Of a stretch of DNA of 40,062 bases, positions 26,664 through 34,667 are shown one piece after another; position 1 is the first letter of the stretch, and each line of letters begins with the position of its first letter. The DNA lies in IMG/VR virus record IMGVR_UViG_3300032216_000143, positions 1 to 40,062 of that record, one strand, 5' to 3'. The position numbers were made by a program, and so were the translations under genes. This DNA comes from a virus. Taxonomy: Duplodnaviria > Caudoviricetes. The notes under the pieces were generated by a model that was not told the origin of the DNA, ran no database searches, and worked only from the letters and a program-made list of their open reading frames with translations.

Positions 26664-28779
26664 ATAGTCCATATCTTCCACGGAAAAGATTCCAATGTGT
26701 TGTTATTTCTCCAGAAGATAATGCTCTATTGTGAGCATTAATTAATCCAAATCTTCCTTCATAGTATCCATTCCATGTTTGTGAGTGTCCTATTTGAAGT
26801 TCAGCAGAATCAGATAGATTGGCACTAGTGGATCCTGTTGCATCTAACGTTGAATTTTTATACCAATATATCGTTGAACCACTTCTAACGAATGTCCAAA
26901 GTTGCCATCCATTAATTGTTACTATACTGTTTGAGAAAAAATTGTTACTGCCACTTAGTCTAGCGTTAAGTTTTGATGGTTGTCCACCGTCACAATAAAA
27001 AGTCCAACCACTTGAACCGTCGTTTGCCTTTTTATCGATAATTCCTCTACTGTTGCCGTCGTTCCATCGTGTTGGATACATCCAAACATTTACGGTAAAA
27101 TCTCCTGTTCCAAAATTAAGATTTCCATTATTTCCAAAACTAACATAATCGTTGTTAGCATCAAAATTTAAATAACTTCCAGTTCCACTAGATGTGAAAG
27201 TTGGACCATTTGTTAATGTGCCCGTAACACTTTTTCCGCTCAGATCTGTCCAAGTTGTACCGGATCCAGAATAACTTGCTGAGTTACCTGGATCAACCCA
27301 TAACACAGCATTTGGATCCATTATTATTGGATTATTACTCGAACCACTTGAAGGACCGTTACCCAACGAATTAGTAGCATACACAGTAAATGAATAATTT
27401 GTTCCTGTTGTTAAACCAGTAACTGTAATTGTGCCAGAACCTGCTTGCGATAGTGTTCCTGTTATGCCACCAGGAGAAGATACAGCAGTATATGATGTAA
27501 TTGTTAAACCACCATTGCTAGCTGGTGCAGTAAAAGGAACTGAAGCAGAAGATATGCTGGATGAAGATACTGTTCCTATTGTTGGTGCGCCAGGAACAGA
27601 CGCTGTTGATATTTGATTACTTGAGGTACTCGCAACGCTTTGTCCAGCAGCATTTACTGCCTTAACTGTAAATGTATAATTTGTTCCAGCGGTCAATCCA
27701 TTAACTGTAATTGTACCAGAACCTGCTTGATTCAATGTTCCTGTGATATTACCTGGTGAAGATGTTGCAATATATTGTGTGATTGGCGAATTGCCATCAT
27801 AAACAGGAGCAGTAAACGTCACAGTCGCAGAAGTCGATGTTGCTGCCGTTGCAGTACCAATCGTAGGTTGACCAGGTACTGTCTTAATATAAAACAAAAG
27901 TGTTCTTGTTGCAGTCTTATTCGTTGTTGCTGCCGTTGCAGTAATAAGACTAGTTGTGTTTGCTTGTGATGATAGTGTTCCTGTTATACTACTACCAGAA
28001 ATACTCAGTCCACCAGGTAATGTGTTTGCAGTATAAGTTACACTTCTACCACCTATTGCAACAGACGCACTTAATGATTGGGTGAATACAGAACCAACGT
28101 TTGCGTTATACAAAGTTCCATCTGCTGGTGAAGACCACGTTACAACATCTGGATTAATCGTAATAGAGAATGTTCTAAGAGTGCCTTGGTTCTCTAAGTC
28201 GTATGCCTCAATTACAAATGTGTATGTTGTAACACCTGCAACAGTAGTCGTAACACCAGTTATTGCACCAGTGTTTATATTCAGAACTGCATTAACTGGT
28301 AATGATCCAATATACAATCTATACTTAACTGTCGAATCACTTGATGCAGATAGTACAGTCACATTAGATGATAACTCTACAGTTTCATATGCAGTACCAA
28401 TCGATCCAGATGCAGTCGACCATGTAGGAGTACCAGAATAATTCATACCTGGAATATATATTGCAGTACCACCATCTGGATTATAAACGTATAACGTATA
28501 AGTTCCTGCACTCTTTGCGGGTGCAGTAAATGTTATCTGTGATGATGAGATAAAAGATACTACGCTTGCTTGTGTTCTATCGACGTAAACGTAACAACCA
28601 GATTTAAAGAATGAACCATTAATCGTGATTGTATCACCGCCAGCAGTGTTTGTTGCAGTGTCATCACCAACATATGCAATAGAAGATATCTTAGGAATAT
28701 CTACAGGAGATCCAGTTGAGAATTTTGCTGCTGATACTGATCCTGCACCAAATGCGCTTGTTCTTGCTTTATTGACCAT
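26662..28779 (-). CDS. Ig-stalk adhesin: IPT/TIG, two putative Ig, two FN3 and a LamG-like domain
   Basis: 705 aa; first ~390 aa paralogous to 24610..26631; C-terminal VLWVDPGNSASYSGSGTTWTDLSG...FTVNVW...NRALSSGEI...RGRYGL. Confidence 0.8.
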   Translation of the reverse strand: MVNKARTSAFGAGSVSAAKFSTGSPVDIPKISSIAYVGDDTATNTAGGDTITINGSFFKSGCYVYVDRTQASVVSFISSSQITFTAPAKSAGTYTLYVYNPDGGTAIYIPGMNYSGTPTWSTASGSIGTAYETVELSSNVTVLSASSDSTVKYRLYIGSLPVNAVLNINTGAITGVTTTVAGVTTYTFVIEAYDLENQGTLRTFSITINPDVVTWSSPADGTLYNANVGSVFTQSLSASVAIGGRSVTYTANTLPGGLSISGSSITGTLSSQANTTSLITATAATTNKTATRTLLFYIKTVPGQPTIGTATAATSTSATVTFTAPVYDGNSPITQYIATSSPGNITGTLNQAGSGTITVNGLTAGTNYTFTVKAVNAAGQSVASTSSNQISTASVPGAPTIGTVSSSSISSASVPFTAPASNGGLTITSYTAVSSPGGITGTLSQAGSGTITVTGLTTGTNYSFTVYATNSLGNGPSSGSSNNPIIMDPNAVLWVDPGNSASYSGSGTTWTDLSGKSVTGTLTNGPTFTSSGTGSYLNFDANNDYVSFGNNGNLNFGTGDFTVNVWMYPTRWNDGNSRGIIDKKANDGSSGWTFYCDGGQPSKLNARLSGSNNFFSNSIVTINGWQLWTFVRSGSTIYWYKNSTLDATGSTSANLSDSAELQIGHSQTWNGYYEGRFGLINAHNRALSSGEITTHWNLFRGRYGL

Positions 28780-28788
28780 TATATTTCT

Positions 28789-30918
28789 TTATGGATAAGG
28801 ATAACGTACAACTACGATGCCAGAACCGCCACTGCCGCCAGCAGATAATGTTCCGGCTGCTTGTCCGCCTCCACCGCCTCCTTTGTTTGATGTGCCAGCG
28901 AAACCTCTTCCACCAGGTCCAGCAGTATGTCCTGTTCCGCCTCCATCTCCACCTCCTCCTGGTCCACCAGCACCATAAACGCCAGATCCACCAAGTGGCC
29001 ATGTTCCTGATCCACCACCTCCACCACCTCCAAATATATTACCGTGAGGTGAATCAGATTGTGCAATAGATGATGTGGCTCCTGATCCGCCTGATCCACC
29101 ATCCGCCGATGGTGGATAGAAAAGACCATCTGAACCAATACCTCCTGCGCCGCCACCTCCCGAACCGCCAGCATTATTGTTACTGTTTCCTGCAGCGCCA
29201 CCAGAATTTCCATTTCCACTAGCGCCTGCAGATTGTGCGACTCCTGCTATACCAGCTGCTGCTGTATATCCTAATGGATAATCGCCAAATCTAGAAACAT
29301 ATTGTGGAACAACAACTGGTGATCCACTTATGGGTACTCCAAGACCAAGTCCTTGACCGACATAAACAGGAAGAGATGCTGGTGCGGGTGCAGGTATAGT
29401 AATTGGTATATTAAAATAATCTGCTACTGCACCACCGCCACCGCCACCTGAGCCAGCTTTAACAGCTGGACTGGCGCCACCATTACCACCACCTCCAACA
29501 CACATAACATCAAATAATTTATTACCAGGATTACTAGTTACGACAAATGATCCAGCAGCACCAAACTGTGTTGGTTGGAACGGTGCTGGCTGTCCAGCAG
29601 AAGTGAATACGTGATATCTATATCCTCTTAGATCATATATTAATTGTCCACCAGATGCTGCTACTGAAGGATAAGGTGTGTATGGACTTGACGCACCACT
29701 CAATGATCCGTTACCAGCAGAATTGGTCGCATATACTTTAAATGTGTATGATGTTCCGTCAGTCAATCCTGTTATGGTAATTGGAGAAGTCGAACCTGTT
29801 GCAGTGATGTTACCAGGAGTTGATACTACTGTATATGAAGTAATTGATCCTCCACCATTGGAAGCTGGAGCAGTGAAAGAAACAATTGCTTGTCCTGTAC
29901 CATTAGGAGCAACAGTTACACCAGTAGGTGCGCCAGGTAATGTTACACCTAAAGCATAACGAATAACGACAGTACCAGAACCACCACTGACGAATTGATT
30001 ATTAAATGCTGGTGGTCCACCAGGTTGTCCTCCAGCACCACCACCTTTGCCATTTGCGCCAGCACTGTTTGCAAGTCCGCCGCCACCATTATTGAAGCCA
30101 GTACCAGTTGGATCAGTTTCTGGAGTGTACTTGCCGTTCCAATAAGCAGATGGTACTGCTCCACCCGAATCGACTACAACACCACCAGCACCACCGCCAC
30201 CATACATGACGCCATCAATTGATGAAGTGACTCCTGATCCACCACCACCAGTATAAATTCCTGTTCCATAATATGTTGTATATGGAGTAGGATATCCATA
30301 GGTTGTAAAATAGGGAACGTATGCTGGGTAAGCTGGAGCAGGAGAACCAATAGGTCCCCAGCCTCTGTATGGAACTCCAGCACCACCAGCGCCACCACCT
30401 CCGTTTCCTAATCTAACACCAGTATGTGCTGCACCTTGTACAAGTGTGCCACCAGGATTTCCGTTACCGCTAGATGCGCCAGCTAAAGGTCCTGTTGATC
30501 GTGTTCCACCTGAAGCGCTGTATCCATTCCAAGACGAAGCTGAACCAGAATTTGATTGTGTTACTGATGGATTGCCTGGCGTTGGTCCAGCTACTCCTCC
30601 TGGACCAACTGTTGCTGCATATCCACTGTTGGTAGTTAAAGATAAACCCGTGACTTCTGTGATTGCTCCACCACCCGCTCCACCTCCACCATCCGCTGTT
30701 GCACTTGCGATACCTGAACCGCCACCACCACCAACTATTACAGCATCAAATGTTTTGTTTGTTGGATTACTAGTGACAGTAAATGTGCCTGGCGAAGTAA
30801 AAACGTGGAATCTATAGCCAACATATGAACCAGTGCCATCATAAATGTAGTTGCCACCTGTTGCTGTAACACTAAGTATAGTCTGATTACTCAACATGAT
30901 ACCTAATACACCACCCAT
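28789..30918 (-). CDS. Putative adhesin passenger: hydrophobic N-peptide, glycine-rich, FN3, glycine-rich (709 aa)
   Basis: Start reassigned from 30948 to the ATG at 30918 (MGGVLGIMLS), which overlaps the upstream stop (TAATG); two A(T/S)GG...YR(F/Y)HVFTS...GGSG.VV.RY domains flank one FN3. Confidence 0.8.
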   Translation of the reverse strand: MGGVLGIMLSNQTILSVTATGGNYIYDGTGSYVGYRFHVFTSPGTFTVTSNPTNKTFDAVIVGGGGGSGIASATADGGGGAGGGAITEVTGLSLTTNSGYAATVGPGGVAGPTPGNPSVTQSNSGSASSWNGYSASGGTRSTGPLAGASSGNGNPGGTLVQGAAHTGVRLGNGGGGAGGAGVPYRGWGPIGSPAPAYPAYVPYFTTYGYPTPYTTYYGTGIYTGGGGSGVTSSIDGVMYGGGGAGGVVVDSGGAVPSAYWNGKYTPETDPTGTGFNNGGGGLANSAGANGKGGGAGGQPGGPPAFNNQFVSGGSGTVVIRYALGVTLPGAPTGVTVAPNGTGQAIVSFTAPASNGGGSITSYTVVSTPGNITATGSTSPITITGLTDGTSYTFKVYATNSAGNGSLSGASSPYTPYPSVAASGGQLIYDLRGYRYHVFTSAGQPAPFQPTQFGAAGSFVVTSNPGNKLFDVMCVGGGGNGGASPAVKAGSGGGGGGAVADYFNIPITIPAPAPASLPVYVGQGLGLGVPISGSPVVVPQYVSRFGDYPLGYTAAAGIAGVAQSAGASGNGNSGGAAGNSNNNAGGSGGGGAGGIGSDGLFYPPSADGGSGGSGATSSIAQSDSPHGNIFGGGGGGGSGTWPLGGSGVYGAGGPGGGGDGGGTGHTAGPGGRGFAGTSNKGGGGGGQAAGTLSAGGSGGSGIVVVRYPYP

Positions 30919-31763
30919 TATGTCATTCCACTTCCAGAGATATACCAAGTATCAGTTGCAACTTTAATACAACTACAAAGTCCATATGCAGCAAGAGTTC
31001 TATTGCCTGTGGATGATGAACCAGAGAATCTAAGTGTTACGCCAGATCCTTGAGTGATTGTTATAGAAGAAGCACTTGAGTTTACGATTGTGATAACTGT
31101 TCCGAGATCAAATGGAGCAGTTGAATTTGGTGGAACAGTAACACCAGCACTCACATAAACATGTTTGCCCGCATCAGTTAGTGCTAGGTTGCCCGATGAT
31201 GTTGAACCTGGAGGTATTGCTTTAAATCCAATTGCATATGCACTTGAACCGCCATCATTAATCGTGCTTGTGTTTCCTAATGATGTTACTGTTTTGTTTG
31301 TTAAATTTTGCGTATTTGTTAGTGTAGTAACCGATGAGTCGATTGCAATAGTTACAGGCGCAGATCCATTAAAACTAGTGCCACTTAATCCTGTGCCAAT
31401 TGTTAATACATTACCAGTGTTAGCAGTAATAGTAAAAGAGTTACCTAAAGAAACAGAAGTACCATTAATAGTAATCACTGTGTTAGCTAACTTAGCATTC
31501 GAGATTGAACCAGCCAACATCGTGTTTGTGATAGTGCCAGTATCACTGGTTGAGATTAGACTACCACCACCAGTTGTCGATAACGATGATGCATTGATGC
31601 TACTTGCGATTAAATTACCAGACAATACAATGTTGTCTGCATATACGTTACCTCTAATACCAGCACCACCAGACAATAACAAAGCACCAGTAATATTGCT
31701 TGTACTTACTCTTGTATTTGTTGATACTAATTGACTGGTTATATTGAGTCTTTTAAATGGCAT
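30918..31763 (-). CDS. Short fibre protein with C-terminal DAGKH...TWYIxGxG domain
   Basis: 281 aa; STSNITGALLLSGGAGIRGN, LTIGTGLSGTSFNGS and QNLTNKT fibre motifs; paralog of 21348..22232. Confidence 0.75.
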   Translation of the reverse strand: MPFKRLNITSQLVSTNTRVSTSNITGALLLSGGAGIRGNVYADNIVLSGNLIASSINASSLSTTGGGSLISTSDTGTITNTMLAGSISNAKLANTVITINGTSVSLGNSFTITANTGNVLTIGTGLSGTSFNGSAPVTIAIDSSVTTLTNTQNLTNKTVTSLGNTSTINDGGSSAYAIGFKAIPPGSTSSGNLALTDAGKHVYVSAGVTVPPNSTAPFDLGTVITIVNSSASSITITQGSGVTLRFSGSSSTGNRTLAAYGLCSCIKVATDTWYISGSGMT

Positions 31764-31765
31764 TA

Positions 31766-34630
31766 CTATATTCCAATATAAGTTTTCTGTACTTTGACAT
31801 TACTAGTGCCTGATAAACTAGTGCCTTGTAGTAAAACGTTACCAGAAGAAATACTAGATGTGAAATTAATCAACTTAGAAGCGCCAGTGAATACAGTTGC
31901 ATATGTAACTATGTATGATGTAGTACCATCATGCACAATCATTGCTTCTGCTGCTTGATACTGAGTTCCATTTGTCACAGATATTATGTATTTACTTGTT
32001 CTATACTTAGAGATTTCAAACTGATCTATTGTTGTTGCTGTTATGCCGACAGGAACTCCAGTCGTATAAACAGAAGAAATAACGTTTGATAGATATGCAG
32101 TGTTTGCTGAGATCGTTGCTGCGTTATCAACAGTGCTGCTGCCACTGGTAGTGCCACCTGTAGTAAATGTCCTAACTTCAATTGCTGCACCATTAACGGG
32201 TGCTTCTGTAAATGTTACTGTATTACCAGAAACTGTATAGTTTGTCGTAGGAGTTTGAATCACTGAATCAACAGTGACGATCATATCATTTGCTGTTGTG
32301 TTTGCTGGTGTTACAATGAACGAAGTCTGACTGCCGTTTGCAACGAAAGTATCATTTGTGCCTGAAAGAGCGTTTGCTGAAACACTGCCGCCAGATGATA
32401 CGAATGTAATTGTATTCGTTGATGGATTGGTTGTTATTGTCATTCCAGAACCAGCAGCAAACGATAGAGTTCCTGTGTTGCTAGTTGGTGATAATGTAGT
32501 TTGACCAGCGACTGCAAAGTTTAGAAAACTATTTCCTGTTGCAGTCGATGAAATTGTAACTGAATTTGCTGGTGAGTTTGTTGAAATAGTGATACCAGAA
32601 CCAGGCACTAAAGTCAAAGTAGCGTTATTACTTCCAGCAGTCAGTGTTGCTTGTCCCGTTACTGCAAAGTTTGTCCACGAATTCGTTGTTCCACCACCAC
32701 CAGATGATGCAAACGTAACAGTCTTTGTCGTATTATTTGTAGTCAGTGTCATGCCAGAACCAGCAACAAGAGTTACTGATGTAGGACCATCGACTGTGAC
32801 TGATGACTGTCCAGATACTGCAATAGATGTTATTGTATTTTGCGTTAATGGCGAAGTAGCAGTAAATGTCCTTGCTTCAACAACAGAATTCGCTGGGACT
32901 ACTGTGTCGAATGTTAGAATGTTTCCATTAGTAATCGTATAACCATTTGTTGGTTGAATGAGTCCATCGATAGAAACTAATAGATCAACCGCAGATACAG
33001 TATTTGCAAGTGCGAATGTTGTCTGAGCACCGTTTGCAGTAAACGATTTATTGATACCAGGATTTGATGCGAATGGAGTACCATCATAGAAATAGTATTT
33101 ACCCGCATATACTGATGAAGAATATACTTTATCTGTGAATACATTACCTGTGATAGATGTGTAACCATTACCAGCGTAAGAGTTACCAAATGTACGGATA
33201 TCAATAACTGCACCATTTGCTGGAGCAGTATCAAATGTCAGATTCAAACCATTAACATAATAGTTTGTCAGTGGTTGTTGTGGCACTGTATCAACAAGAA
33301 CTAATAGATCAGTCGATAACACATATCCATTTAAAGGAAATGTTGTTTGTGATCCATTAGCAGTAAATGTCTGTGCTAGAATTGGAATCGTATTCGACAG
33401 AGGCGTAGCGGTACCAAATGTACGAACAGAGATAACAGCATTAGCATCTGGTGGTGCATCAAACGTCATCAATGCACCAGACATTGTGTAGTCAACGTTT
33501 GGAATCTGTGGAATATTCTCAACAGTTACTAGAATGTCAGTTGCAGAAACAGTCTGACTTAAAACAAAAGAAGTCTGAGCGCCGTTAGCAGTGAATGTTT
33601 GACTTAGAAATGGTACTGTATTACCATATGTCGAAGCAATAGTAATCGTATTAGATGTACCATTTGTCGATAGTACAATACCAGAACCAGCAGAGAATGT
33701 TAGAACTGCATTGTTACTATTTGCAATTGCTGATGCTTGTCCGGACACTGCAACACGAGTGAATGCATTTGATGCTCCGCCAACTGTACCACCTGAAGAT
33801 GTGAATACATTACCATTCGCATCAAAGTAATAGTTAGCAAATATTGCATTTGCTCTTATTGTTGTTGTTAATATACCAGTAGTATTAATCGTTGTGTTGC
33901 TATTACCAATTACAACGTTGCCAGTAAACGTAGATGTGTTACCAGTTACTGTGATGCCATTAGATGATTGAACACCCGATGTAACATTCAAAGAGTAAAC
34001 TGTTAATGCATTACCCGTAATGTTGCCAGATACAGTAATACTATTTGCTGTTAGAATGTTAGCAGTTAAAACTCTACCGACAGTTACGTTACCAGAGAAT
34101 ACTGAATTAGCACCACCGACGTTTAGATTTCCACCAATACCTGTACCGCCAACGACAGTCAATGCACCAGTTGAATTAGAAATAGACGCATCTGTACCGG
34201 TAACTTGTAGAACAGGACCAGCAGCACCAACATCTTTCACATAGATTGTGCCAGCCATCGAAGAATGATTCTGCGACTTATAATATAGTGTATCTGGTGC
34301 ATTAAATGGAACTGGGAACGTTATTGTCCCTGCATCAGTTCCGTTATTGATTACGTTTGCGTATGCGTTTGCACTACCAGCAGATTGATCTGTTTTGATC
34401 CAGAGAGGATCACCAGTCGATGTTACTGCAAATCTATATGTGAAACCTCGAACCAGTGATAGTGTTGGGTTATCAGCACCATTAAATAGGAATGATGATG
34501 TGCCATTGCTTGTGACGTTGTATGTGTTTGCTGCATAAAAATACCCAGTGAATTCACCCTGAGTATTAATGATACCAACATCACCTACCGCAATGCCACT
34601 ATCTATATTAAACGCTTGAATTATAGCCAA
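31766..34630 (-). CDS. Repeat-rich virion structural / fibre protein with a cupredoxin-like N-terminal domain
   Basis: 954 aa, TTG start; NPTLSLVRGFTYRF...APDTLYY...HSSMAG; four FxANGxQTxF...Q.P...Y...G...TF...VRTF repeats; four AVxGQ...LT..AGSG...TN repeats; C-terminal DQF...YRTSKY...HDG domain. Confidence 0.75.
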   Translation of the reverse strand: MAIIQAFNIDSGIAVGDVGIINTQGEFTGYFYAANTYNVTSNGTSSFLFNGADNPTLSLVRGFTYRFAVTSTGDPLWIKTDQSAGSANAYANVINNGTDAGTITFPVPFNAPDTLYYKSQNHSSMAGTIYVKDVGAAGPVLQVTGTDASISNSTGALTVVGGTGIGGNLNVGGANSVFSGNVTVGRVLTANILTANSITVSGNITGNALTVYSLNVTSGVQSSNGITVTGNTSTFTGNVVIGNSNTTINTTGILTTTIRANAIFANYYFDANGNVFTSSGGTVGGASNAFTRVAVSGQASAIANSNNAVLTFSAGSGIVLSTNGTSNTITIASTYGNTVPFLSQTFTANGAQTSFVLSQTVSATDILVTVENIPQIPNVDYTMSGALMTFDAPPDANAVISVRTFGTATPLSNTIPILAQTFTANGSQTTFPLNGYVLSTDLLVLVDTVPQQPLTNYYVNGLNLTFDTAPANGAVIDIRTFGNSYAGNGYTSITGNVFTDKVYSSSVYAGKYYFYDGTPFASNPGINKSFTANGAQTTFALANTVSAVDLLVSIDGLIQPTNGYTITNGNILTFDTVVPANSVVEARTFTATSPLTQNTITSIAVSGQSSVTVDGPTSVTLVAGSGMTLTTNNTTKTVTFASSGGGGTTNSWTNFAVTGQATLTAGSNNATLTLVPGSGITISTNSPANSVTISSTATGNSFLNFAVAGQTTLSPTSNTGTLSFAAGSGMTITTNPSTNTITFVSSGGSVSANALSGTNDTFVANGSQTSFIVTPANTTANDMIVTVDSVIQTPTTNYTVSGNTVTFTEAPVNGAAIEVRTFTTGGTTSGSSTVDNAATISANTAYLSNVISSVYTTGVPVGITATTIDQFEISKYRTSKYIISVTNGTQYQAAEAMIVHDGTTSYIVTYATVFTGASKLINFTSSISSGNVLLQGTSLSGTSNVKVQKTYIGI

Positions 34631-34659
34631 GGTCTATTCTTCCCTTTTGATTTATCTTA

Positions 34660-34667
34660 TATTTATT
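34660..34667 (-). promoter_or_regulatory. T4-like late promoter (AATAAATA)
   Basis: Contains the stop codon of the upstream gene, about 30 nt before the TTG at 34630. Confidence 0.55.

Noticed and set aside
7619-30817. Proline-rich + strand ORFs (e.g. 7619..7807, 20187..20396, 24809..25018, 30446..30817) and other short nested ORFs
   Set aside because: They are antisense or alternate-frame shadows of Gly/Thr/Ser-rich minus-strand genes (GGN read as NCC). They are fully nested and have no independent family motifs.
20168-30918. CCACCACC-type runs resembling tandem repeats or a CRISPR array
   Set aside because: They are polyglycine codons in open frames, with no constant repeat-spacer periodicity.
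30919-30948. ORF-track start extensions at 30948 (MVYLWKWNDI), 16137 and 40014
   Set aside because: The first two overlap the upstream gene, and better coupled ATGs lie at 30918 and 16101. The frame at 40014 stays open to the window edge, so the true start is outside.
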